In this document: one piece after another, positions 53,184-62,732 of the stretch
Layout of the letters: each line of letters opens with the position of its first letter
Numbering within the stretch: position 1 is the stretch's first letter
DNA from: an uncultured delta proteobacterium
GTDB lineage: Bacteria; Myxococcota_A; Polyangia; Polyangiales; Polyangiaceae
NCBI GenBank assembly: GCA_963806225.1
Contig: CAWDXG010000004.1
Location: forward strand, 4,320,001-4,384,000
Direction of reading: 5' to 3'
Length of the DNA stretch: 64,000 nt
The notes under the pieces: model-generated
What the model saw: only the letters and a program-made list of their open reading frames with translations
What the model was told of the DNA's origin: nothing
Database searches by the model: none
Position numbers and translations under genes: made by a program

Positions 53184-54116
53184 ATGCCTGAGCCTGCTCC
53201 GATGAACGCCTTGGACCAGCGCCGATTCCTGTTCATCACCGGCAAGGGAGGAGTCGGCAAGACGACCGTGACCGCGGCCCTCGCCCTGGCCATGGCGAAG
53301 CGCGGAAAGCGCGTGCTGATCACGGCGACCGACGCCAAGGAACGCATCTCGTCGTTGTTCGAGGTCGAGCCGCTGGGGCCCGACATTTCCGAGATTGCGA
53401 CCAACGTGTTCGGCGTGCGCATCACGCCCGAGCGCGCGCTGCGCGAGTACGGCGAGATGATCCTCAAGAGCCGCGTGGTCTACGACGCGGTGTTCGACAA
53501 CAAGTACGTGCGCAGCTTCTTCGCTGCCGTTCCGGGCCTGTACGAATGGGCGGTGCTCGGCAAGGCCTGGTATCACTCCACCGAGGAGCTGCCGGACGGG
53601 TCGCCGCGCTTCGACGTGGTGTTGTTCGACGCGCCGGCCACCGGGCACGGGCTGGACATGCTGCGCGTGCCCAAGGTGATCGTGGACATCGTCCCGCCGG
53701 GCATCCTGCGTCGCGACGCCGAGCGCGCCTGGAAGATGTTCCGGAATCCGGCGGAGAGCGGTGTCGTGGTGGTGACGCTCCCGGAGGACATGCCGACGAA
53801 CGAGACGCTGGAGCTCGTCACCACGCTCAAGGCCGAGCTCGGCTTGCCGCTGGCCCGGCTCGTGATCAACGCGGTGCTCGAACCCCTGTTCTCGGAGCCC
53901 GAACGCAAGGCGCTGCTTTCGCCCCGCGATCTCGACCGGAGCGCCGCGGGCGACGAGGCGGTGGCCTGCGGCGTCCGGCGTTCGATCCGCGAGCGCGTCC
54001 AGGCCGACGCCCTGGAGCGGCTGGCCGCGGTCGATGCGCCGGCGGTGCGCCTGCCGCTGCTGCTCGAAGAGGCCTCCACGCTGGAAGCCATCACCGAGTT
54101 GGCGGGCCACTTCTAG
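53184..54116 (+). CDS. ArsA/GET3-family ATPase
   Basis: GKGGVGKTT, DAPATGH, VTLPEDMP..E. Confidence 0.9.
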   Translation: MPEPAPMNALDQRRFLFITGKGGVGKTTVTAALALAMAKRGKRVLITATDAKERISSLFEVEPLGPDISEIATNVFGVRITPERALREYGEMILKSRVVYDAVFDNKYVRSFFAAVPGLYEWAVLGKAWYHSTEELPDGSPRFDVVLFDAPATGHGLDMLRVPKVIVDIVPPGILRRDAERAWKMFRNPAESGVVVVTLPEDMPTNETLELVTTLKAELGLPLARLVINAVLEPLFSEPERKALLSPRDLDRSAAGDEAVACGVRRSIRERVQADALERLAAVDAPAVRLPLLLEEASTLEAITELAGHF

Positions 54117-54250
54117 CGGCTGATGGCGGAGATCGTCCCCCTGGTCACACGTCGGGCGGCCGGATCAGGCCGGCCGCGGGTTCTGCGGCGGGACGCCGGG
54201 ACGGGGTCGACCCGCTGACCCCGGGGGGCTATGGTGGGCCCCGACGGGAC

Positions 54251-55870
54251 ATGGGAGACGAACCCTCGCAGCCCGGTCGAGTCCTGGCCGGCCGGTACCG
54301 GCTGGAAGTACGACTTGGAGAGGGGGGCATGGGCGCGATCTGGCGCGCCGAGCACCTGGTGCTGTGCGCCCCCGTCGCGATCAAGCTGATCGACCCCGAG
54401 ATCGCCGGCCACGAGGAAACGCTCGCGCGCTTCATGCGCGAAGCGCAGTCGGCTGCCTCGCTCCGCAGCCCGCACGTGGTGCAGATCCTCGACTACGGCG
54501 TCGACGACAAGACGCCGTTCATGGTGATGGAGCTGCTCGAGGGCGAGACGCTTGCCGAGCGGCTCAAGCGCACCGGGCGGCTCACGCCCGCGGAAACGGC
54601 CCGCTTCATCACGCACGTCGCCCGCGCCATCAATCGCGCCCACGACGCCGGCATCACGCACCGCGACCTCAAGCCCGAGAACGTATTCATCGTCCACAAC
54701 GAGGACGCGGAGATCGCCAAGGTGCTCGACTTCGGCGTGGCGAAGGTCGAAAAGGCCACGCTCGGGCCCAAAGGCGAGCGCACCCGCACCGGCTCGCTGC
54801 TCGGCACGCCGTACTACATGAGCCCCGAGCAGGCGCAGGGCAACAAGGACGTCGATTTCCGCAGTGACCTGTGGGCGCTCGGGGTGATCGCGTTCGAGTG
54901 CCTGACGGGCCAGCGTCCTTTCGAGAGCGAGGGGCTCGGCGATCTGGTCCTGCAGATCTGCGTGCGTGACATGCCGGTGCCGAGCGAGCTAGCACCGCTG
55001 CCCCCGGAGTTCGACGCCTGGTTCATGCACGCCTGCGCGCGCGATCCGGAGGAACGGTTCCAGTCGGCGCGCGAAATGGCCGAAGCGCTGCGCGAGGCGC
55101 TCGGCGAGACGCGCGAGACCGTCGTGACGTTGAGCGACGAGGATCGCCCGCCAGCCAGTGGGTCGGCGAAGAAGGTGGCGAAGACGCTCGACGACGAGGG
55201 AGCGGCTGCCGAGCCGTCCTCCCAGGTCGCAACCAAGCGTGACGCCGGAGCGGCGAAGGCCGAGGCGCGCGCCCACGCCGCGACCGTGGCGGCTTCGCCC
55301 TCCTTCCGGCCGTCCGCGCTGGACGCCCAGGCGGCGGAGCGGGACCGCGCGGATGATGCTGACGAGCCCGCGCCGGCCGTCCGCCAGCCCGAGCAACCGG
55401 CATCGCGCGCGGGTGCGATCCTTGCGGTGGCGGGAGGGGCGCTTCTGCTCGGCCTCGTCGGCGGGTTCATCGTGCTGGGGCATCACGCAAACCCGGAAGA
55501 TCGACCGCTTCCGGACGTGGGCGCCGGCGGCGGAGCCGAGTACGCACCGGTTGGCAGCGAGGCCGGCGCCCGGCACCTCGCGCACCTCGGCGCGCTTCAC
55601 GGTGCGGAGGATGGGGGTGCCGGCGACGCGGCGCGCGACGCGCCGAGCGACGCCACGGCGACTGCCACGGAGGCGGGAGTGGACTCGGGGCGCGCCGAGG
55701 CCGGGCCGGCGGACGCCGGCGCCCGGCATGCGGAGGCCGCTGCGCCGACTACGCGAAGCAGCGACGCCGGGCGACGGCGCCGCGAAGCGGGTGCTCCGGT
55801 GAAGAGCCCGGCGCCGACCGCCCCGAAGTCCAGTGCCGCGAAGCCGACGGCCCCGGCAGCGCCGAAATAG
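54251..55870 (+). CDS. Ser/Thr protein kinase with TM helix
   Basis: LGEGGMG, VAIK, HRDLKPEN, DFG, GTPYYMSPEQ, DLWALG. Confidence 0.95.
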   Translation: MGDEPSQPGRVLAGRYRLEVRLGEGGMGAIWRAEHLVLCAPVAIKLIDPEIAGHEETLARFMREAQSAASLRSPHVVQILDYGVDDKTPFMVMELLEGETLAERLKRTGRLTPAETARFITHVARAINRAHDAGITHRDLKPENVFIVHNEDAEIAKVLDFGVAKVEKATLGPKGERTRTGSLLGTPYYMSPEQAQGNKDVDFRSDLWALGVIAFECLTGQRPFESEGLGDLVLQICVRDMPVPSELAPLPPEFDAWFMHACARDPEERFQSAREMAEALREALGETRETVVTLSDEDRPPASGSAKKVAKTLDDEGAAAEPSSQVATKRDAGAAKAEARAHAATVAASPSFRPSALDAQAAERDRADDADEPAPAVRQPEQPASRAGAILAVAGGALLLGLVGGFIVLGHHANPEDRPLPDVGAGGGAEYAPVGSEAGARHLAHLGALHGAEDGGAGDAARDAPSDATATATEAGVDSGRAEAGPADAGARHAEAAAPTTRSSDAGRRRREAGAPVKSPAPTAPKSSAAKPTAPAAPK

Positions 55871-55873
55871 CAG

Positions 55874-57448
55874 CTATCGTCGTGCGTCGTCCGGCGTTGC
55901 CCCGGATGCTCCAGGCTTCAGCGCCGACATGAGCTCGCGTAGCCCCTCGACGAGCGCCGGCGATGGAGCTTGCGACTCGAGCTCGTAGCCGCCCCGCGCG
56001 CGGCCGTCCTCCTCCGTCAACCACACGGTGGCCTTCTCGCCGAGCGGACTCTGCAGTCCGAGCTCCGCCCGGTGGCCTGCCTCGCTAAGATCGAGCGTTC
56101 GCCATTCGAGATCGCCGAAGGGCGCACGTCGTCGCAGGCGGACCAGGCGCGCGGCGATGCTGCGCGTTGCGCTGCCGACCAGGGCGTCCGCACCGAAGGG
56201 GTGCAGCACGCGCCGCCCCTCGGCGAGACGATTCCACAGCGCGTCGAGTCCACCCAGCACCAGCTCGCGATCGTCGGGCACTTCGATCACACGGAAGCTG
56301 AACAGATCGAAGCTGGCTGCGCCGTCGCCCGGTGCCCCCAGCCCGACGACCAGGCGCCGCTCGCCCGCGTGCAGCGTGACGCTCGCCTCCAGGTCGCTCA
56401 ACACCAGCCCGGTCACGCGATCGAAAGGCGGCGGCGGTGTCCACGCCTCGAGCTCGTCCACCACGGACTGGAAGTGCACGGCGAGCAGATGAAAATCCGG
56501 ATCCGCACGCTTCAACATCGCCGGTGTGATCGGCACCAGCTCGTCGGTGCCGTGAAGCTCGCGGTATTTCTCGAAGACGCCGCTGCAGCGGCTGTCGAAG
56601 ACGCACTCGCGGCAGCTCTCGGGCTTGAGCTTGTCGCGCCGCTTGACGAAGTACTTGTTCCAGGGCCTGCTCAGCGTCTGCTCGCCGTCGATGGCGATGG
56701 TGTCGGTCTGCTCGCCGTCGTGGTGGATCCAGCGCGCCAGGTGCGGAGCGATGCAGTACGGCAGGTTGCCGATGTTGACGTCGAAATCGTCAGGGAACCC
56801 ATCGATCATGCGCGTCAGCGGACCGACCATGTCCGGGTAGCGTGGGATCATTTCCCGGAACTCCTCGTCGGTGCGCGACCCCGCGTCCATCGGCCGCACC
56901 ATGTCCAGGTGCAGCTGCGTCGCGCCGTAGCGCGTGACCAGCTCCGGGAACTCGTCGACCGACTCGAAGTTCGACCGGACCACGCACATGTTGATCGTGA
57001 TGCGCTGGCCCTTTGCGCGAAGGTGCTCGAGCGACTGCAGGATGCGATCGAACGAGCCGGGCTTCTTCGTGGTGCGCTCGTGCGCTGTCTTGTTGGCGCC
57101 CTGGATCGAGATGCGCCAGGTGAAGTTGCCGCCCAGGCCGATGACCTCGTCGATGAAGCCCTCGCGAGCGGTCTTCACGCCGTTGGTGAACAGCACGATC
57201 TCCTCGAACCCGAGGGAAACCGCGTGCTGCACGACCTGTTTGAAGCCAGGTTGCAGCGTCGGCTCGCCTCCGAGCAGCGTGAGCTTCCGGTGACCGCGCT
57301 CGTAGGCCTCGCTCACGCTGTCGAGCAGCGGCTCGACCGGCAGCGCCCGGGCGCGCCCGAGGCCGGTCTCCTGCCCGCTGACGCAGAAGACGCAACGGTT
57401 GTTGCACATGTGGCCGAGCTGGATCTCGACCTGCGTCTTCGGCTCCAT
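55874..57448 (-). CDS. Radical SAM protein (HxsC-like architecture)
   Basis: CNNRCVFC, GGEPT, LPYC, KPESCRECVFDSRCSG. Confidence 0.88.
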   Translation of the reverse strand: MEPKTQVEIQLGHMCNNRCVFCVSGQETGLGRARALPVEPLLDSVSEAYERGHRKLTLLGGEPTLQPGFKQVVQHAVSLGFEEIVLFTNGVKTAREGFIDEVIGLGGNFTWRISIQGANKTAHERTTKKPGSFDRILQSLEHLRAKGQRITINMCVVRSNFESVDEFPELVTRYGATQLHLDMVRPMDAGSRTDEEFREMIPRYPDMVGPLTRMIDGFPDDFDVNIGNLPYCIAPHLARWIHHDGEQTDTIAIDGEQTLSRPWNKYFVKRRDKLKPESCRECVFDSRCSGVFEKYRELHGTDELVPITPAMLKRADPDFHLLAVHFQSVVDELEAWTPPPPFDRVTGLVLSDLEASVTLHAGERRLVVGLGAPGDGAASFDLFSFRVIEVPDDRELVLGGLDALWNRLAEGRRVLHPFGADALVGSATRSIAARLVRLRRRAPFGDLEWRTLDLSEAGHRAELGLQSPLGEKATVWLTEEDGRARGGYELESQAPSPALVEGLRELMSALKPGASGATPDDARR

Positions 57449-57511
57449 CCAGCGGACAGTGTAGCCTCGACGCCTGGCGAGGTCGATCGCAGCAGTTTTA
57501 CTGCCGGATCG

Positions 57512-57910
57512 TCAGCCGCCGCGGCTCGACGCGGGGCCGCTGCCGTTCTCGATCAGGTTTTCGGCGAGCGTGGCGAGGTTGTCGCCGTCCACCATGCGGC
57601 TCGACAGCACCGTGCCCTCCGCGTCGCTCACGAACACCCGGAGCAACAGCTGGTGCACCGAAGTGATGACGATGAAGGGCGTGCGGACACCGACGGCGCG
57701 GCAGCGGGCGAGCACCTGGAGCCCGCTCTGGGTCGGCAGCTGCGCGTTCGTGATCACCAGATCGAAGGGGCCCTCCTGGCGCAGGATTGCTTCGAGGTGC
57801 TCGCCGCTGTCGGTCTCGCTGACCTCGGCGTGCAGGCCGCGGAGGATCGGCTTGATCTGGTTTCTGACGGCAGCGTCGCGATCAGCAAGGAGTATGCGGG
57901 GCGGGGGCAT
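57512..57910 (-). CDS. Receiver-like domain protein (atypical)
   Basis: RILLAD...FDLVITNAQLP..SGLQVL...TPFIVIT; phospho-Asp position is Asn; start uncertain. Confidence 0.7.
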   Translation of the reverse strand: MPPPRILLADRDAAVRNQIKPILRGLHAEVSETDSGEHLEAILRQEGPFDLVITNAQLPTQSGLQVLARCRAVGVRTPFIVITSVHQLLLRVFVSDAEGTVLSSRMVDGDNLATLAENLIENGSGPASSRGG

Positions 57911-58260
57911 GGGCACCGTGGCGCGGCGCGCGCTCTGGGTTGCCCCCCCGACAGTCTTGGCGCGCGGCGTGGACTCCGGAATCCCGCCCATGAAACCGCC
58001 GGCTTCATAGTCCGGCGCAAAGCGGGATCTGTCGCGGAATGCACTCAAGGCTCGGGAGTGCCTAGAGCACGCCACATGCCAACCGTTTCGTGACGTAACC
58101 TTCCGATATCCCGCCGCGTATCCGCGAACCTGCGGACCGCCGTGCAGATCTGGAAGTTCAGTTGTGAAACACGCCGCGATCGCAGCGTCCCTCGCGCCGG
58201 CCTGGCCTGGGGTGGGCCTGGTGGAATTTTCTACTGCAAACGGAAGCCGGTCGGGGCCCG

Positions 58261-59859
58261 TTAGCCCGGCACGATCGCCGACCAGTCCGGCGGCTCCGGC
58301 GGCTTCGTGTCTTCCATGTCGATCTGCGCCTTCTGGAGCTTGCCGGCCAGATCCACGTTCACGCACTGCCAGTGGGTGTAGGCCTCGATGACCCAGATGC
58401 CGCTCTCACGCGTGCCGTTGCCGCTCCAGCCGTTGCCGCCGAAGGGCAGATGCGCCTCGGCTCCGGTGGTGGAGTTGTTGATGCTGGTCATGCCCGCGGA
58501 GATCTCTTCCTTGAAGCGCAGCATGGCCTTGGCGTCGCGCGTGTAGATGGCGCTGGAGAGCCCGTAGGGCGTGCCGTTGGCCGCGGCCATCGCCTCGTCC
58601 AGGCCGTCGACCTCGACCAGGTTCACGGTCGGACCGAAGCACTCCTCCTGGGCGATGCGCATGTCCATCTTCACATGGTCGAAGATGCGCGGCGTGGCGT
58701 ACAGCCCGCGCGTCGCATCACCGCTGAAGTTCTTCGGCTCTTCTCCGGCGACGATGCGCTTGCCGTCGAGCAGGAGCTCGGCTCCGTCGTCGAGGCCGAC
58801 GGCACGCTGGGCGATCCACGCCTCGAGGAAGCGCGGGTTGATGAACGGTCCGTAGTCCACTTTCTCGTCGAGCGGGTCGCCGATCTTCAGCGCGCGTGCA
58901 CGCTGCACCAGCTGTTCGCGCACCGTGGGCATGACGCGCTTGTCGACGATGATGTTGCCGCAGCTGGTGCAGCGCTGGCCCGCCGTGCCGAACGACGCCC
59001 ACAGCGCACCTTCCACCGCGAGCTCGAGGTCGGCGTCGGCCAGGATCACCAGCGGGTTCTTCCCGCCCAGCTCGAGTGACGGGATCTGCAGGTTCCTGCC
59101 GCAGACCTCGCCGATGTGCCGGCCGACCGTGGTCGAGCCGGTGAAGGAGATCTTGTCGAGCAGGCCGGCGTCGACCTGATCGACCATGAATTGTCCGGCG
59201 CTGTCCTTGCCGCGACCGTGCACGATGCTGAGCACGCCTTCGGGCAATCCCGCGCGGCGCCACAGATCCGCAAACAGCGCTGCCACGCCGGGCGCGTCGT
59301 CGCTCGGCTTCCACACCATCGCATTGCCGCAGAGCAGGCCGGGGATGATCTTCCACGAGGGAACTGCGACGGGGAAGTTGCCCGCCGTGATGACCCCGAC
59401 CACGCCGATCGGCCGGCGGTAGGTGAACAGCTCCTTGTCGGGAAGCTCGCTCGGTACGGTCTGCCCGTACAGGCGGCGGCCTTCGCTCTGGAAGAACTCG
59501 GCGGTGTCGATAGCTTCCTGCACGCTGCCCCGGGCCTCGCGGATGGGCTTGCCCATTTCGCGCGAGACGAAGCGCGACAGCTTTTCCTTGTCCTGGATCA
59601 GGAGCTGCGCCAGGCGGCCGAGCACCTGCGCGCGCTGCGGCGCGGGGACGCGCGCCCAACGCTTCTGTGCGGCGCGCGCTTTCTGGCACGCTTCCTTCAC
59701 CTCGTCGCGCGTACTGAGCGGCGCGACGGTCACGACGTCCTCGCGGTTTTCGGGGCTCTGTCGCTGGAACGTCTCTTTCGAGCTGCGCGGCTCGCCGCCG
59801 ATCCAGTTGTCGACGACCAGGGTCTTGGGAAGGTTGCCTGCCTGCTCTTTGGTCTCCAT
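58261..59859 (-). CDS. Aldehyde dehydrogenase family protein
   Basis: GNFP, FTGS, LELGGKNP, GQRCTS, EECFGP, PFGG. Confidence 0.95.
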   Translation of the reverse strand: METKEQAGNLPKTLVVDNWIGGEPRSSKETFQRQSPENREDVVTVAPLSTRDEVKEACQKARAAQKRWARVPAPQRAQVLGRLAQLLIQDKEKLSRFVSREMGKPIREARGSVQEAIDTAEFFQSEGRRLYGQTVPSELPDKELFTYRRPIGVVGVITAGNFPVAVPSWKIIPGLLCGNAMVWKPSDDAPGVAALFADLWRRAGLPEGVLSIVHGRGKDSAGQFMVDQVDAGLLDKISFTGSTTVGRHIGEVCGRNLQIPSLELGGKNPLVILADADLELAVEGALWASFGTAGQRCTSCGNIIVDKRVMPTVREQLVQRARALKIGDPLDEKVDYGPFINPRFLEAWIAQRAVGLDDGAELLLDGKRIVAGEEPKNFSGDATRGLYATPRIFDHVKMDMRIAQEECFGPTVNLVEVDGLDEAMAAANGTPYGLSSAIYTRDAKAMLRFKEEISAGMTSINNSTTGAEAHLPFGGNGWSGNGTRESGIWVIEAYTHWQCVNVDLAGKLQKAQIDMEDTKPPEPPDWSAIVPG

Positions 59860-59926
59860 GCGGCGGAGCCTCCCGCTTTGCCGTGCTGGAGGCAAGGGAT
59901 GGGCTGATCCAGCGCAAACCCGGCGG

Positions 59927-60388
59927 TCAGCGGCCGCCGCAGGGCCACGGACCCGGCGGCGCGTCTGCGCCGTACACCCGCACGCTCACCACGCGCCACG
60001 CCCGCGACTCGTTCTGCAGGAACACGTCCAGGTGCTGGCTCGTCTTGTCCGTCGACAGTGTGCCGGCGAGGCAGGCGTGGTTCGCGTCGTGGCGGTCCGG
60101 CCGCCGGCTGAAGGACACCGAGCGTGCGCGGTGGATGTCGAGGTTGCCGAGCGCGCCCTCGAAGCTCCGACGCGGCACGCTGTGCTGCGTCGCCGTCGAC
60201 AGCATCGCGTAGGCCGCGTCCAGCTTGCCCTGCCGAACCAGCGCCACATACGCGCGCGCGACCTGCCCCACCTCCATCGCGCCGACCGATCCGCGCAGCA
60301 GCTGGAACAGGAATGCGCCGACGGCCAGCGCGAGCGCCAGGTACCACAGGCCGCGAACGACGATCGAGGGCTTGGAGTGGTAAGGCAT
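59927..60388 (-). CDS. Hypothetical membrane-anchored protein
   Basis: N-terminal TM helix, DAAYAMLS NTF2-like pattern. Confidence 0.6.
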   Translation of the reverse strand: MPYHSKPSIVVRGLWYLALALAVGAFLFQLLRGSVGAMEVGQVARAYVALVRQGKLDAAYAMLSTATQHSVPRRSFEGALGNLDIHRARSVSFSRRPDRHDANHACLAGTLSTDKTSQHLDVFLQNESRAWRVVSVRVYGADAPPGPWPCGGR

Positions 60389-60494
60389 GACGTGGAACTG
60401 GATTCACGCGGTGACTCTCCGCCCACGTGCGCAGGGTGCGCCGCAGAGTAGACCCGCAGCCGCGCGCGCGGCGGTGTCGCGTGGATGCTGATTA

Positions 60495-60508
60495 TTGATC
60501 GTCGTCAA
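60495..60508 (+). promoter_or_regulatory. FNR/Crp-family box
   Basis: TTGAT-CGTC-GTCAA, 9/10 match to TTGAT-N4-ATCAA, ~80 bp upstream of ATG 60587. Confidence 0.65.
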
Positions 60509-60586
60509 CTGTGCGGCGACTGTGTCCACAAAGCGCTGTTTCTACCGAATCCTTCCGCCGCGCCGGGGCTCGAACGGCCTGGAGAC

Positions 60587-61237
60587 ATGAAGATGGTCGA
60601 CGCGATCGAGCAGAGGTACGGAACGCTGGCGGGCTCGGATTGCTGTCTGTCGTGTGGAACGGCGGCGATCCGTTGCGAGCCGCAGGCGGGGCAGGTGTGC
60701 GTGGATCTCGGCAGCGGGCGGGGCACCGATGTGCTGCGTCTGGCGGAAGCGGTGGGGCCGGACGGGCACGCCTACGGCATCGACGTGACCGATGCCATGC
60801 TCGAGAAATCCAGGAAGACCGCGGAGAAGCTCGGCATCGAGAACGCGACCTTCGTGCGCTCCGGCCTGGAGCAGTTGGAGCTGCCGGACGAGACCGCCGA
60901 TTGGGTCACCTCCAACTGCACGCTCAACCACGCCGGCGACAAGGTCGCCGTGTGGCGCGAGATCGCCCGCGTGCTCAAGCCCGGCGGGCAGTTCATGATC
61001 AGCGACATCTACGCCGTCGGCGAGATCGCCGAGGAGTACAGGAACGATCCGGCAGCCGTCGCCGAGTGCTGGGCTGGCGCGGTGTCGAAGCCGGAGTACC
61101 TGGAGCAGATTGTCGCGGCCGGACTGGTCGACGTGGAAGTCGTCGAGGAAACCGAACCCTACGAGAAGGGCCAGGCGACGGTGGCCAGCTTCACGATCAG
61201 AGGGCGGCGCCCACGTCGCATCCGCTGCTGTAGTTGA
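60587..61237 (+). CDS. ArsM-like SAM methyltransferase
   Basis: CCLSCG, VDLGSGRG.D, GIDVTDAML, SNCTLN, VLKPGG..ISD, ECWAGA, C-terminal CCS; RBS GGAGA. Confidence 0.85.
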   Translation: MKMVDAIEQRYGTLAGSDCCLSCGTAAIRCEPQAGQVCVDLGSGRGTDVLRLAEAVGPDGHAYGIDVTDAMLEKSRKTAEKLGIENATFVRSGLEQLELPDETADWVTSNCTLNHAGDKVAVWREIARVLKPGGQFMISDIYAVGEIAEEYRNDPAAVAECWAGAVSKPEYLEQIVAAGLVDVEVVEETEPYEKGQATVASFTIRGRRPRRIRCCS

Positions 61238-61275
61238 GAGCTCGGGGGTTTTTCGCTGAAACGAGGTTGAAGAGG

Positions 61276-61404
61276 ATGAAGTCGCTTATCAAAGACAGTT
61301 GCCGGTGCCAAACGAAGCCGAAGCAGGACAAGCCGGCTAGGGAAAAGACCGTCGCGCAGTGCTGCGCGAAGGTCTCGAAGGTTGTCGCCGGCTGCCACGA
61401 CTGA
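61276..61404 (+). CDS. 42-aa Cys-rich peptide, putative RiPP precursor
   Basis: Own translation MKSLIKDSCRCQTKPKQDKPAREKTVAQCCAKVSKVVAGCHD*; purine-rich RBS; 9 bp upstream of the radical SAM gene; below the ORF-track cutoff. Confidence 0.7.
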   Translation: MKSLIKDSCRCQTKPKQDKPAREKTVAQCCAKVSKVVAGCHD

Positions 61405-61413
61405 CGCGAGCCG

Positions 61414-62732
61414 ATGCAGCTCTCCCAGCACAACATCCTTACCCGGCTGGGCAAAGAGTCCGGCTGGCTCCTCGTCAACCTGCTGAGCGGCGAGGCGGAT
61501 CTGCTCGACCCCGAAGAAGGCGAGCGCCTCTCCCGCGGGGAGTACGAAAACCCGGCGGAGCTGACTCTCAAGGGCTACCTGGTGCAGCCCGAGGAGGAGG
61601 CGCGGCGCTACAAGCGCGCCTACCTGGACTTCGTCGAGTCGCGCGCGACCGACGAGGTGCAGCTGTTCTACGTTCCGTCGTACGCCTGCAACTTCGACTG
61701 CGCGTACTGCTACCAGGCGGGATACGAGCCCGAGCAGCGCGGCGACCAGGACGCAGTACTGGACGCCTTCTTCGCCTACGTCGATGACGCCTTCGCTGGC
61801 CGACGCAAGTACGTCACGCTGTTCGGCGGCGAACCTCTGCTGCCGAATGCGGCGTCGGTGCGCGTGGTCCGGCGTCTTGTCGCAGAGACCGGGCGCCGGG
61901 GTCTCGACCTGGCTGTGGTCACCAACGGCTACAACCTGGAAACCTACGCACCCCTGCTGGCCAGTGGGCGGATCCGCGAGGTGCAGGTCACGCTCGACGG
62001 CATCGAGCGGATCCACGACGCGCGCCGCCCTCTCAAGGGCGGTGGGTCGACGTTCGAGCGCATCGTCGCGGGGATCGACGCGTGTCTCCGCCAGGAGCTG
62101 CCGGTCAACCTGCGCTCGGTCGTCGATCGCGACAATCTCGAGAGCTTTGCCGAGCTCGCGCACTTCGCTATCGACCGCGGCTGGACCGACAATCCCCTGT
62201 TCAAGACCCAGATCGGCCGCAACTACGAGCTCCACTCGTGCCAGGTCGAGTCGAACCGGCTCTACACGCGGCTCTCGCTCTACGAGGACCTCGCCAAACT
62301 CATAAGGCGCGACCCGGAGATCCTGCGTTTCCACAAGCCGGCGTTCTCGGTGGCGCGCTTCCTGTTCGAAAATGGCGAGCTCCCGCCGCCGCTCTTCGAC
62401 TCGTGCCCCGCGTGCAAGACGGAGTGGGCGTTCGACTACACCGGGCACATCTACCCGTGCACCGCAAACGTGGGCAAAGCCGGCGAAGAGGTCGGCACGT
62501 TCTACCCCGAGGTCCGGCTCGACCGCTCGCGCGTGGAGAGCTGGGAGGAGCGCGATGTACTCGGCATCGCGGCATGCCGCTCGTGCTCGCGCCAGCTGGC
62601 GTGCGGCGGCGGCTGCGGCGCGGTCGCGAAGAACCGCGAGGGAAGCGTCGACCGCCCCGATTGCCGTCCTGTTCCCGAGCTCCTGGCGCTGGGGGGAGCG
62701 CTGTATGCCGAATCCCTAGTCCGGAGACACCC
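61414..62732 (+). CDS. Radical SAM/SPASM-domain peptide maturase
   Basis: Own translation MQLSQHNILT...CNFDCAYC...FGGEP...VTNG...QVTLDG...CPAC...GHIYPC...CRSC...CGGGC...DC; no stop, frame continues into thioredoxin. Confidence 0.9.

Noticed and set aside
53184..54116. Arsenic-resistance link between the ArsA ATPase and the ArsM-like gene
   Set aside because: Single-domain GET3-like ATPase in core context with no arsB/arsC/arsR; 6 kb away among unrelated genes
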